Below are positions 12,484 through 25,107 of a DNA stretch of 64,000 nucleotides, piece after piece. The translations under genes and the position numbers were made by a program. Each line of letters starts with the position of its first letter. The first letter of the stretch is position 1. The DNA is taken from the NCBI GenBank assembly GCA_030390025.1, contig CM059433.1:12464001-12528000 (forward strand). The letters run 5' to 3'. The stretch is from Squalus acanthias. Its lineage: Eukaryota. The notes below the pieces were generated by a model. It made no database searches. It saw only the letters and a program-made list of their open reading frames with translations, and was not told where the DNA came from.

Positions 12484-14470
12484 TGTGGCTAGTTTAATTT
12501 TTTTTGACTTACAAGTTAAAATAAATAGTTCCCTTTTCTGGAGTATTAATTTAAGGATGCTGTGAAAATGATTGTCATCGCCACTAGTTGGCTAGGGTTG
12601 AATACCGGAGGAACGGATATATACTTCCTTCATTACCTTCAACGGTTAGGGAGTGTTTATATGTAACTTTCTCTCAGGAGATTAAGTGGGTTGGGCAGAA
12701 TCAATGATGGAGTAGATTGTATATGGTTTGTGGCAGGTTGTTCAATTGTCTACTCCAAGGTGAAATTACAGACCACACTTGGAGCTATGATGTCAATAAT
12801 GTCTTGACATTAGCAAGTGCATATTTTAGGTAAGCTCTGTAAAATATCTGGCATGGTACTTCACTGAGAAAACTGCCCTTTAACTAGATACAGTGTAATG
12901 AAAATGCATAATGACATGTAATATTAACTTTGGAAGAACTATGGTTAAGAGACAGTAATTAAAGTCCTGCTGTAAAACTGACCATTCAATGCAAATTAGC
13001 GAAGAATGGGGATTAAGGCTATAGATGTCTCCTCTCCATCTTGCAGTAACACCATAATTAAACAGGGTTGAGGCAGATAGGGAGTTCCTCTTCTCGTTCT
13101 TAGGAATTTGTGTGAATGATGATGCACTCCTATGTTTCCTGCAGGGTACGGGAGTGACTGCTGATAGACTGCCTGAGCACTGTAGGAGCTGGAGGGATGG
13201 AACACAGGCCTCAGGTTCAAAGCTACCTGTCAGTTCTAATGACTTCTTTTTTGAGATGTTTTCTGTGTGTGAGCAGAATGGCCTGCAGGGGTCCTAGCAG
13301 CGAGCTGTCTGAAAAACTACTAGAAAGCGCCTTATTTGTGACCTGAATAACAGTAGCCCGTCTCTTAGCATCGCTGCTTTACATGCAGTGTGCGTATCTG
13401 AGAGGCACACAGCAGCCTTCCTGATATGGTTACTGTACAGCAGTTATTGCTGCGATGCATTTAGACGCTGTGCTGCTGTAATTTGTCCCGACATGATATC
13501 ATCTTTTGGCTCGGCCCGCAAACCCATGTCTGTCACAATTTTTAAAAAAAATTCTCAAGACTTGTTTGTTTTGAACTCGGCGAGCAATAACACAAGACTC
13601 CAGCTAGTGGAAGACTGAAAAGAACAAATGATTTAATCTAAAAATCTCATTGGAGCTAAAAATATTTGCGTTTGGCTGTTTCCGATGTAGCCGACAGGTT
13701 TTTTCTTCCTCTTCCTCGACTGTATCGGCTAGACTGCGGTCAATATATAGTAGCTCTGTTTATCTGATAATAGTGTAAGCAATATGGAACTACTCACTGG
13801 TATGAAAGGCTTTTCAAGTGCCTGTTAGATATTTTGTCAGCATGTGTAGCCTTTAGTCAAGTGTATAGTGATCTGCCACTGGTGCCTTTTCCGGAGCCTT
13901 ATCCATTTATTCATTCTGGCTTCAGTTACTGTGTAAGAACCAATCAGTAAGTGGTTGACAAGTTTGTACAGGTTTCTCAAAATTTAACACTCCCTCCCCC
14001 GCCGCCGCCACTCTCCTCCAACACAAACTTTCACAGCCTCTGGCAGCTGCAAGCCGCAAACCATGATCTGCGACCTTGGCCGCACTTACTGATTGTGCAG
14101 TTATTTAACTTCTTATTCGGTTAGCCTCCTGCCACCTGTCAAGACACGGCCTCACCCCCCCTCCCCCCCTGCCAACGCGCGGCGCTACCTAATTGCAGCC
14201 AATCATCTGTTGGGCTGACATTTTACTCCCGGCGCAGCAGAGGTTTTTTTGTGTTACAATTGCTGGTGGAAACCAAATGCGGTTTTGCCCTTGTTCAAGG
14301 CGCAAGCCCAATAAATGAAGCAGAACATCTGGCCAGCAGGTCCAAATTAAAGGGATATGTGCACTTAATAGGACGTGCCTGCATACGGTGACAACTATTT
14401 ACATCAGTTTTTTTATCGAGATTCAAAAATCAATTTCATATGTTTGTCAGCCTTGGCCAAGGCTGGGCGT

Positions 14471-14782
14471 AGAATCACAGAATCCCCACATTGCAGATAG
14501 AGGCCATTTCGGCCCATCGAGCCTGCACCGACACATATCCCACCCTATCCCCGTAACCCCACATATTTAATCCCCCCCTAACACTAAGGGTCAATTTATC
14601 ATAGCCAAATCAACCTAACCCGCACATCTTTGGACTGTGGGAGGAAACCGGAGCACCCGGAGGAAACCCACGCAGACGCGGGGAGAATGTGCAAACTCCA
14701 CACAGACAGTCACCCGAGGCCGGATTCGAACCCGGGTCCCTGGCGCTGTAAGGCAACAGTGCTAACCACTATGCCACCGTGT
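14471..14782 (-). mobile_element. HE1-like V-SINE, with CR1-derived tail
   Basis: Pol III A/B boxes, V domain, 3' ggctcgatgggccgaaatggcc..gattctgtgattc. Confidence 0.85.
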
Positions 14783-14789
14783 AGGGGCG

Positions 14790-15120
14790 GGAGGGAGAGT
14801 GCTTGGCAGAAATGAAGTGAAAGGAAGCCCAATGTGGCGACACAAAAGAGATTCTGTGAGGAACTGATAGAGTAAGGCAGCATCTGACCCTTTTTTGAGG
14901 GGCGGCTAAATGGATCTGGAGCTCCGCGAGGTGGGTGGACGTGGATTGTCCAAATTGGCACATCAGGGCATCCTCCCTGGGCATTCCTGGCAGCAGGTGG
15001 TAAGCAGACTCAGTGTTGTATACACTACCTGCGGGACCTGGGAACTGATGGAAAAGAAAATGGCGCACTTCACGGAATCTGGCAAAGGAACACCTCCCGA
15101 CAGTAGCATGTATCTCATGC
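14790..15120 (+). pseudogene. Highly decayed Harbinger Myb/SANT exon
   Basis: HSWQQVVSRLSVVYTTCGTWELMEKKMAHF resembles the W..VA....RT..QC.KK..DL motif of the other copies. Confidence 0.4.
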
Positions 15121-15536
15121 ATGGCCACAAGGATTGAGTCCTGCGAAATGTTGCCTGCTTTACGTGTAGACTCCAAACCCTTACACAGTCTTATTCTTTG
15201 CATCTCATGCATACCATTACCTCAGGAGGGCATACCTTCAAGATGCAATGTAGAATTGTACACCGGGCAGGACTCACCTCTTTCAAGGGCATAACACTTC
15301 AAGTTATTTTAGAGCTGCATAATGCACACGTTATTGACACTCACATTGGCATACAGGTCGTGCACGTTGGCTGCTGGTGCACGTGCTCCTTCAACTTCCA
15401 CCTCTCCAGGGGACTCTGCGGCTGGTGCAACCAGGTGCCACACTGAGGGTTCAACCCCAAACCTGGAAAGTGACCTCCCTTGTCAAGTGCCCTCTGACAT
15501 GCCCAAGCAGCTCCAACAGAGTCTGTAGAACAACCT

Positions 15537-15860
15537 GAAATAACAACAGGAAATGCTGGAAATACTCAGCGGGCCAGGCAGCATCGGTGGAGAGAGAGAA
15601 ACAGAGTTAATGTTTCAGGTCGATGACCCTTGGTCAGAACTGGAAAAACGTTGGAGATGGAACAGGTTTTTAAGCAAGTGTAGGGGCAGGGAAAGAGGGG
15701 GAGGAGGGGAAAGAACAAAAGGGAAGGTCTGTGATAGGATGGAAGGCAGGAGAGATTAAGAGACAAAAGGGATGATGCTGCCTGACCTGCTGAGTATTTC
15801 CAGCATTTTCTGTTTTTATTTCAGATTTCCAGCATCGGCAGTATTTTGCTTTTATGTTAG
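15537..15860. mobile_element. Short non-autonomous Penelope-like insertion (family B), partial inverted repeat
   Basis: Arms match 62164-62385 and 63100-63351. Decayed hammerhead on - strand about 15604-15641. 13-bp TSD tgtagaacaacct / tgtggaacaacct (one mismatch). Confidence 0.8.
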
Positions 15861-16257
15861 TGTGGAACAACCTACCTGGGTAGTGATGGGTTTGCACCAC
15901 CCATCAAAAAGGGCAGCTTGAATTAGTGTATTGGCCTCCTTATAAAGATGGCGCAAGGTCACAAACTCCTTTTGGTCTGGTTGCACTGACTTCTCTTCCT
16001 ACAGTTGGCTAGGGGCTGCATTTCCTCCCTTCCCATTCTCGTGGGCATGCAAGAAGTGGCCATTGCGACACAGACGCCTGCCTGGATTATTTTAATGAAG
16101 GAGCCTCCCCCTGACCCCGGACACTTCAACACCAGGTGCTGCCCAGCCCTCACGCCAGTGGAGCGGCCCCGTGGATTTTCTGAATTAACAGGTTTAACAG
16201 GTGCAGAAAGCCGTTTCTGATGGCTCAGCTTCATTTTTAAAAGGCGCACAGTTAATG

Positions 16258-16499
16258 ACATAAGAACATAAGAAATAGGAGCGGGAATAGGCCACTCGGC
16301 CCCTCGAGCCTGCTCCGCCATTCAATAAGATCATGGCTGATCTTGGGCTCAAAGCCACTTCCCCGCCTGCTTCCCATAACCCTTCACTCCCTTATCTTGC
16401 AAAAATCTGTCTATCTCCACCTTAAATGTATTTAATGACCCAGCCTCCACAGCTCTCTGGGGCAGAGAATTCCACAGATTTACGACCCTCAGAGAGAAG
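16258..16499 (-). mobile_element. CR1 3' end
   Basis: FFSLRVVNLWNSLPQRAVEAGSLN; (cttatgtt) tail. Confidence 0.85.
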
Positions 16500-16519
16500 A
16501 ACCACAAACCACAAATCTC

Positions 16520-18397
16520 ATGGCTGATCAGAGGGCCAGGGAGAGAGCTCGCCGGTTCAGTGGCCAGGCTTTGGAGGCTCTGGTCGCGGCCGTGAAACGC
16601 CGACCGGAAGTGCTGTTCCCAGACACTGGCAGGAGGCCGTTGCCGCAGAAGTTCAGGAGGATGTGGAGGGAGGTTGCCCAGCACGTGTCAGCCAGAAGTG
16701 TGGTCCACAGGACTCACACCCAGTGCCGCAAGAAGTTCAACGACCTCACTCGGGTGGTCAGGGTGAGTACATGCTTGAAATACCTCTACATCCCACCATC
16801 TCAACCTCACTCTGTGCACAGATGGTATAAACTGCCAAATCCCCAACACTCACCCACCAACTATGGCCATTTACTAAAAGTCATATCCACTTCTCACACC
16901 TTGCATACATTAGCAGCTATTCAACTAGGGTAGGCACATCTGCCAAACACATGGCTGCACTCACCCACACACTGTCTTTTTTCTTGCAGGCCAAGCTTGC
17001 TCATAACAGGAGGGAGCAGCAACGCACGGGAGGAGGTCAGGCGGAGCTGCACCCCCTTACATAGCTGGAGGAGCGAGTGCGCAGCATCATCGTGGCCCAG
17101 GTCGTGGGCGCTGTGGCAGTCGGAGATGTCGACCCCCTTGGGGACAACAACGGTATGTTCATCACCTCTTCTCTCATACCACTTCCCCCTCATAACACAA
17201 GCCCTTCCCACTTTCCATCTAAGTATACTGTCTCCATTCCTTGCTCCCTTCCTGCCCCCATCCCCTGATGTTAAACCCACTCTTGTGCCTTAAGGCTTTC
17301 AGATAATCAGCCACCATCTGACCAGCCTGTCCCTCAGCCTCCCAGTGGCAGCGATGCAGGAGAGGAGGAGGAAGAACAAGCCGGAGCCTCACTGCCTGTG
17401 TCTCCTGAGGGCGAGACATCCAATAATGGGGTCATGCAGTCGCTGGAGGGGAGCAGAGGAAATGGCTCTGATGTGGGTGAAGCTCCGGGACCCAGTGGGC
17501 TGCAGCAACGCCATGGGGAAAGAGAAGCTCGGGGGCCATCTCCCCAGAGGATGAGTTCGCGATCAAGTTCTGCTGCACAGGACTCAGATGAGGACCTCGA
17601 TGTGGAGGCGATGACCAGACGGGCGATGGGCATGCACACCGAGCTCATGGGTGCAATGACAAGGGTGCCCGAGAGCATGGATGCACTGGCTAGGAGCGTG
17701 GAGGAGTCCGCCTCCAGCATTGCTCTCATCTGTGTGCAAACCTTCGAGCCCATCCTTGGAGAGGATGGTTGACTCGCAGAGAGACCGTGGGGACCCAGAC
17801 CTCATATGCGGGTCATGGGTGAGGTGGCAGCAGCTATTGCAGCACAGGCTGAAGCAACGCAGTAGCTTAGTGCTGTATTGGAGTCAGTGGTTGGTGGCAT
17901 CCAGTCTCAGACTGCTCTCGTGCAGTCTCAGATATGATGCCACGCAAGCGCTGACTGCTGCCATCCTCGCTGGGTCATCCACAATCCACCGGGGATCTCA
18001 CGGTGCCGCAGCAGGCCAGCAATCTGTGCTCGAGCAGATTGCTCCGGATGCTGAGGTTCTGCCCCGGGGGAGTGGCAGTGTGTCGGTCGAGCAGGAAGGT
18101 GATGTCCTCTCTCAGGATGACAGCATTCCTGTTCGTACCACTGCCACTCCGCCATTGCACTTGTCGCAGCCTGTAACCCAGCCATCCCAGACTGCTGCCG
18201 CCCATGCTGAGGTGGTGCAGTCTGCAGCCAGCCTTCCAGGCCCAGAGCTGGCCGAGGGTGTCCTGCAAGGCCATCTGCAGTCTCTGGCTCCCAGACTCAG
18301 CAGCCTTCCACCAGCCTTGCTGCAGCCACTGGTACCACATTACGGAGGAGCAGTAGGGTTGGGAGGGGGGAAGTGCAAAGGGGAGGGAAATCATTGA
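16520..18397 (+). pseudogene. Harbinger Myb/SANT-like DNA-binding protein gene, 3 exons (16520-16762, 16990-17152, 17303 to ~18397)
   Basis: MADQRARERARRFSGQALEALV..WREVA..RTHTQCRKKFNDL; GT/AG sites (agg|gtgagt, ttgcag|gcc, acg|gtatgt, tttcag|at). TAG stop in exon 2, frameshifts in exon 3. Confidence 0.85.
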
Positions 18398-18704
18398 GGA
18401 AGGTCCAGAAAATAAAATGTTAATAGAAAATGGGGGGAGTGTGTGTACAAAAGTTGATGTGTTTGTAAATATATTGTTCAGTTTGGTAAGAAATAGTTCT
18501 GTTTGCGAAGAACCAGTTGTGTTTGTTCATAAATTGTTGTGTTTGTTTATTATTGGTTATGTTTGATAAGCGAGAGTTGTGCAGAATTATAAATGTTTAT
18601 TTCGACGTAGCAAATTTTGTGATGTTTCTCATTTGAGCTTTACCCGGTGATAGGGGCTGTGAACTGGCTGTAATGTTGTGGTTGTGCTGCTCAATGCTAT
18701 CTTA

Positions 18705-19290
18705 TTTATTGGAAGCGCTGTATAATGAGGCATTTACAAACGGCCCTTGCAGAAGCAACATTGAGTGGCTCCCTCCTGCGCCTCCTCCTCTTCATCCTCC
18801 TCCTCCTCCTCCTCCTCTCCCTCTTCCTCCTCCTGAGGTGGACCTCCAATCCCTGGTGGCAATGGCTGGACACTCAGAATGGCCGGGTTGAGCAGCACGC
18901 AGCACACAACGATGAAAACGGAGACTCAATCAGGGGAGTACTGCAGGGCTCCTCCAGTGCGGTCAAGGCAGCGGAACCATTGCTTTAGCACGCTGATAGT
19001 CTGTTCGATCAGGTTCCTGGTGGTGCTATGGCTTTCACTGTATGCGTGCTGAGCAGGAGTGTTGGGAATTTCCGGTCTGGGGCACTAACGGGGGCAATGC
19101 GCAGCTGGATGACGTCATGATCTCCGGGCATAGGAGATTGTGGTGGTAGTGTTTACCGCCACTGCAAACCGCCAGGTGAATTTCGCCGGTGGCGCTATCA
19201 TCGCCGCGCCGGGGCGGTAAGTCGTTAGCGCCCCGTTAGCGCCCCCCAGTGGCGCTAAGGGGAGGTGCTGACCAACCGAATTTCTCCCCC
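18705..19290 (-). mobile_element. Harbinger transposase C-terminus fused to the element end (internal deletion)
   Basis: - strand YSESHSTTRNLIEQTISVLKQWFRCLDRTGGALQYSP; TIR GAATTTCTCCCCC at 19278-19290. Confidence 0.85.
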
Positions 19291-19899
19291 CAGGATGTCC
19301 TGGAGGGGTCAAGGACAGAATCTATTTGGTAAGAGTTAAGAAATAATAGAGGTGCCATTACACTGCTAGGTGTATTCTATAGGCCACCAACTAGTGGGAA
19401 AAATATAGAGGAGCAAATTTTCAGGGAAATTACAGAGAGGTGCAAGTGATAATGGGTAACTTCAACTATCCTAATATAGACTGGGATAGTAATAGTAATA
19501 GTAACAGAGAGGGGGAATGAATTTCTGAAGTGTGTTCAGGAGAACTTTCTTGATCAGTACGTTTCTGGCCCAATGAGGAAGGAGGCATTGCTGGATCTGA
19601 TTCTGGGGAATGAGGTGGGTCAAGTGGAGCAAGGATCAGTAGGGCAACATTTAGGGAACAGTGACCATAAGTTTAGATTAGCAATGAAAAAGGACGGGGA
19701 GCAACCTAGAGTAAAAATACTTAATTGGAGGAAGGCCAATTTCAGTGGGTTGAGAACGGATCTGGCCCGGGTAAATTGGAATCAAAACTTGGTAGGCAAA
19801 ACTGTAATCAAACAATGGGCTGCCTTTAAAGATGCGACGGTTCGGGTACAGTCCAGGTACATTCCCATGAGGGGGAACGGTAGGGCAACCAAAGTCAGA

Positions 19900-20360
19900 G
19901 GTCTAGAAATTGGGCTCCTTTGTGCCTCTGGGGGAGGGGGGGCACTAACGGGGCGTAAATGGGTTTGTGACCTGGCGCGCCGATGGGAGTTTTGCGGCGG
20001 CGGTAAGACGTTGCGCCCGGAGATCGTGACGTCATTGTCGTGCGCAGCGCCCCGGTTGCGCGCCGGATGAAAAATTCCCTCTCGCCCCCCCTGCTTGTGC
20101 GCCTACCGTTAACAACGACAGGTAGAGGAGACGACTTTTAGTCGAATGTCCCCTGGAGGCGTCCACTTCCGGTGTAGTTTTCGTCGACCAACAAAGCTGC
20201 GTTGTTAATTTCACATCGGCAAAGAGGCCTTTTGACCGATTTGCACATTTTGCATTTCAACGAGTGTTCTGCCACGTAAAGACTATTGAGTATCATTGAG
20301 GGGAGATTTGAAAGTGCAATATTTGTATCCTTTCATGGGGGCTGTACTGGCACTGGACCT
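19900..20360 (+). mobile_element. Harbinger end up to the first transposase codons
   Basis: TIR-like GGTCTAGAAATTG, CRE at 20027; ends atgggggctgtactggcactggacctc, matching the 54624 transposase start. Confidence 0.75.
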
Positions 20361-20512
20361 CGGTAGTGGGGAAGCTTTTAGAAACGATAATCGGGGACAA
20401 AATTAACAGTCACTTGGACAAGTGTGGATTAATTAAGGAAAGCCAGCACGGTTTTGTTAAAGGCAAATCGTGTTTACCTAACTTGATTGAGTTTTTCGAT
20501 GAGGTAACAGAG

Positions 20513-21155
20513 GTAACATCAGTTGAGCGCAGAGAAGGTTGGTGTTGTTGTTGGTGCTGCTGGTGTGCCTGGTGCTGCTGGTGTTGGGGTTGATCATGGT
20601 GGGATTCTGAGGACCAAGGTGAGAGAGTATAAAGGGCACCCATGTTGATGGAATAGATGGCAGGTGAAGTAGAGATGACAGAAGCGATCTGTCAATGGTG
20701 AGAGAGTTCTTCCAATGAGGTGAGAATGGTTGGAGACTGGAAGGTGGAAAGCCTGCAGAATGTGTGCTGGAAATGGAGTGAGAAAAAGCTTCTGCCTGAG
20801 GAAAGTGAATATCGGTCAGGTGGGAGCTTTTACTGTACATTTGAAGCTGTCAAGTAATCAGCTGGAGCAATGGCCACTGAACTCACGCCTCAGCTTGACA
20901 GCCGTGGTCCCTGCACAGCGGGGATCCCATGGTCATGAAATTAAAGACAAAAGGTAAGTGAAAAAAGGCTGTTAAGCATCTGGCAACTAGGTGCTAATCA
21001 TTTTAATTAGCTTCCCCGCCGCTGCTGGTCGGGTCTGCTCAGTGTTGACAGACCCGACATTGGGAAAGGCGCGTTATGGTGGGTTCACAGTGGGGTCCTG
21101 ACCCGCTGTGAAAAAAAAACACTTTTCCACCCAACCCGCCACCGATCCCTCCTGC
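20513..21155 (-). mobile_element. Fragment of a second Harbinger family (5' region with a His/Gln-rich N-terminus)
   Basis: MGALYTLSPWSSESHHDQPQ is homologous to 41988 (MGAVYTVSPWSS) and to about 47290-47420. Confidence 0.55.
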
Positions 21156-21900
21156 TAAGTACAAAAGAAAGAAGTTCTGATGAACCTTTATCAAACACTG
21201 GTTCAGCTTCAACTGGAGCATTGTGTCCAATTCTGGGCACCACACTTCAGAAAGGATGTGAAGGCCTTAGAGAGGGTGCAGAAAAGATTTACAAGAATAG
21301 TTTCAGGGATGAGGGACTTCAGTTACGTGGATAGACTGGAGAAGCTGGGGTTGTTCTCCTTAGACCAGAGAAGGTTGAGAGGAGATTTGATAGAGGTGTT
21401 CAAAATCATGAGGGGTCTGGACAGAGTAGATAGAGAGAACCTGTTCCCATTGGCGGAAGGGTCGAGAACCAGAGGACACAGGTTTAAGATGTTTGGCAAA
21501 AGAACCAAGGGCGACATGAGGAAAAACTTTTTTATGCAGCGAGTGGTTAGGATCCGGAATGCACTGCCTGAAAGGGTGGTGGAGGCAGACTCAATTGTGG
21601 CTTTCAAAAGGGAATTGGACAAGTACCTGAAGGAAAATCATTTGCAGGGCTACGGGGAAAGGGCTGGGGGAGTGGGACCAGCTGAAGTGCTCTTGCAGAG
21701 AGCTGGCACGGGCTCGACGGACCGAATGGCCTCCTTCTGTGCTGTATCCATTCTATGATTCTAGGTTAACTTGTGGGGCCCGGAGTAGCACTCCTGCTCC
21801 TCTTGATGCTCAAGTTAAACTTAAAAAAAAATTACTTACCTTTTCCGCACTCTCCTGGGCTTTCTGCTCCTTTGTGCCCGGTGTTCCTGGATAGAGTTAA

Positions 21901-22431
21901 CATAGAAACATAGAAAAATAGGAGCAGGAGTAGGCCATGCGACCCTTCGAGCCTGCTCCACCATTCAATATGATCATGGCTGATCCTCTATCTCAATACC
22001 ATATTCCCGCTCTCTCCCCATACCCCTTGATGCTTTTTGTGTCAAGAAATCTATCTATCTCCTTCTTAAATATATTCAGTGACTTGGCCTCCACAGCCTT
22101 CTGTGATAGAGAATTCCACAGGTTCACCACCCTCTGAGTGAAGAAATTTCTCCTCATCTCAGTCCTAAATGCCCTACCCCGTATCCTGAGACTGTGACCC
22201 CTCGTTCGAGACCCCCCCCCCCAGCCAGGGGAAACATCCTTCCTGCATCCAGTCTGTCTAGCCCTGTCAGAATTGTATACGTTTCAATGAGATCCCCTCT
22301 CATTCTTCTAAACTCTAGTGAATACAGGCCTAGTCGACCCAATCTCTCCTCATACGACAGTCCTGCCATCCCAGGAATCAGTCTGGTGAACCTTCGCTGC
22401 ACTCCCTCTATGGCAAGCATATCCTTTCTTA
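21901..22431 (-). mobile_element. CR1 3' end
   Basis: LAIEGVQRRFTRLIPG..LYSLEFRRMRGDLIE; (ttctatgt) tail. Confidence 0.85.
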
Positions 22432-22715
22432 AAATAAAGTTGGGTCTGAGTGACATCACAGGGTGCCTCGCTAACTGGCTAAGACATGCCTGTTAAGTGA
22501 CATGCAGTGCGAGACCAGCAAGGATCAGGTGAGTAGGTCGCTGCAAGGATTTTAACCCCCCCTCCGCCCCCCCCCCCAACTCCCGCACTCCTCGTTCTGG
22601 TCGGGAGAGGGTGGTTAAAATCGGGCCTATATGAACCATGCCTCATCCGTATAAATAATGTGTGTGTATATATGAGTGCTGTGTGACCCTATATATATTT
22701 TCAATTGACCAGACA

Positions 22716-24018
22716 GGAGTTTCTGCTCGGTTGCGCCTGTTTTCTCGGCACAATTCACCCGAATTTGGCGTTACCGGTGCAAAAGATCGCGGAATTTTAA
22801 GCACAAATTGCATCCAGCGCAACTCCAGTTTCGGCGAATCTTTTGCGCTAGTTTTAAAAACATTGCGCTAGAAGCAGGCCCCGCCCACAAAACTGACCAC
22901 GCCCACAGCGTGAATTAATCACCACTGGGAGTTTCCGCTAATTGCGGTCGTTTGCAGGCCTTCGAGGAGGCCCCAAATATTAAGCTGGAACTTTTGGGCG
23001 CAAGGACACTAATAGGTACGTTTTGAATGCTTTTTTTAAATTATAAAAGGAACTCACTACTGTACCCCAATCTAACTAGAAAATAGTTTTGTATATTTTT
23101 TAAAAGTCATTTTCATCATTTAAAATCAGGTTACTCACAGGTGCTGGATTAATACATAAGAACATAAGAAATAGAAGCAGGAGTCGGTCATTCGGCCCCT
23201 CGAGCCTGCTCCGCCATTCGGTAAGATCATGGCTGATTTGGTCTTGGCCTCAACTCCACTTTCCTGCCCGCTCCCCATAACCCTTGACTCCCCTGTAGTT
23301 CAAAAATCTGTCTATCTCCACCTTAAATATAGTCAATGACCCAGCCTCCACAGCTCTCTGGGGTAGAGAATTCCAAAGATTTACGACCCTCTGAGAAAAG
23401 AAATTCCTCCTCTCCGTTTTAAATGGGCGACCCCTTATTCTGAAATTATGCCCCCTAGTTCTAGATTCCCGCATGAGGGGAAACATCCTTCCTGCATCTA
23501 CCTTGTCGTGCCCCCCTCAGAATCTTATACGTTTCAATAAGATCACCTCTCATTCTTCTAAACTCCAATGAGTATAGGCCCAACCTGCTCAACCTTTCCT
23601 CATAAGACATCTCAGGAACCCACCTAGTAAACCTTCTCTGAACTGACTCCAATGCAAGTATATCCCTCCTTAAATAAGGAGACCAAAACCGTACGCAGTA
23701 CTCCACCGTGATTTAAAATGCTGATTTTTTTTGTGATTAAACCCATTGTTCAGCTGTATTAATCAAACATCACCAAGTTACCACTCTTAAATATATCAAG
23801 GAATATTTTTGAAAGCACATTTTTTTGAAAACAAATTACATTTTAAAACGCTGCTCGATTGCGCTGGTTCATGGCAGATTTTGCCATTGGCGATATGCAA
23901 ATGTGTTTGAGCGGAAACTCGGAGTGGGGGGAAAAGAAAACATTTCTCAAAACGGGTGCAATTTTGGGTGCAATTTGCACCGGAATCGCCGATTGCACCC
24001 AAAGCAGAAACTCTACCC
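22716..24018. mobile_element. TIR-bounded non-autonomous DNA element with a CR1 3' fragment (23153-23706, - strand) inserted
   Basis: Ends gagtttctgct.. / ..agcagaaactctacccc. Internal 22954-23110 recurs at 24090-24243. Confidence 0.5.
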
Positions 24019-24434
24019 CAAAAACTTTGCAGATGATAGTTAAGCCCTTTATATTCAAATTACAAACCTGCAGATTTCCCCAAATGCCCTGCAGGCCTTC
24101 AAGGACGCTCTAAAAATTATGCTGGCACTTTTGGGTGCACGGACACTAATAAGTGGATTTTGAATGCCTTTTTTTAAATTACAAAGGATCTCACTACTGT
24201 ACCCCAATCTAACTAGAAAATAGTTTTTTTTTAAGAAGTCATTAAAGATAAGAATTAAACCGGTACACGCACGCTCACAATTCTGTACTCATCACTGGAC
24301 AGCCTGAGAATTAGACGCGTATTCACTGCTGTGCCACTAGGGAACAGTGATGCATCTCCCACCAGACTGCCAGACAGCATTCTCCCCCTGCTAGGTGGCT
24401 CGGAGACAAATAAGAGGAAAAAAAATTACAAACG

Positions 24435-24540
24435 TTAGAAATCTAAAATAAGAACAGGAAATGCTGGGGATACACAGCAGGCCTGCCATTCGATGCAAGA
24501 TAGGTTAACGTCATGGGTAGAAACCCTTCGTCAGAACTGA
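24435..24540 (-). mobile_element. Decayed PLE pLTR fragment with a broken hammerhead
   Basis: rc cagttCTGACGAagggtttctacccATGACGTTaacc; the GAAA motif is mutated. Confidence 0.55.
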
Positions 24541-25107
24541 TACCAGTTTAGAGTAGAAAATAATGGAGCAGTAAAATTATAAAATGCGCAATCAGGTAAA
24601 GGCATAAAGGGAAATTAGGGGGTGGGAATGAAACAGTAAGTAAGTGGCTACTTTCCTACAGCACCTTTTGCCATTGAAAGCTCTCTCATCTGGGATGTTG
24701 TGGGAAAGAGGGAGATCGAAAAATGGATGAGAAAGTCCCTTCTTACAAAAAAGTCTTGGAGCAGTGAAACAGTCCATGATTGGCACTCTGTTGAATCGCC
24801 AGTGCTTATCTGTGCTGCTGTGGGAATGGGCTGAGTGAAGGTTAAGCAGCTTCCCCATGGCGGAGGGGAAAGTGCGGCGGGGGGTGGGGGAGTTGTCACC
24901 AGGCTTCATTGGCAGAGACCTAGTCGGCTGCCCGTACTCTCGCTTACCGTTGGTGTGTGGTCCAGGAAGGCCTCAATAAGAGAAGGGAGAAAATAACTTG
25001 AGACAAATAGAACAAGCAAAATACTGCGGATGCTGGAAATCTGAAATAAAAACAGAAAATGCTGGAAATACTCAGCAGGTCAGGCAGCATCTGTGGAGGG
25101 AGAAACA

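Larger units (their letters stand above)
19291..21762 (+). mobile_element. CR1 LINE in three collinear pieces (19291-19897, 20361-20512, 21157-21762) separated by Harbinger fragments
   Basis: APE (LLDLILGNE..HLGNSDH), RT (SQHGFVKGKSCLPNLIEFF) and C-terminus (QLEHCVQFWAPHFRKDV) in the expected order. Confidence 0.85.

Noticed and set aside
13688..13731. TAGCCGA...TCGGCTA hairpin as a miRNA or ncRNA
   Set aside because: Stem only about 10 bp with a large loop; too weak.
24592..24909. Short ORFs in unique sequence as host exons
   Set aside because: No recognisable protein motif and no consistent splice-site pair.
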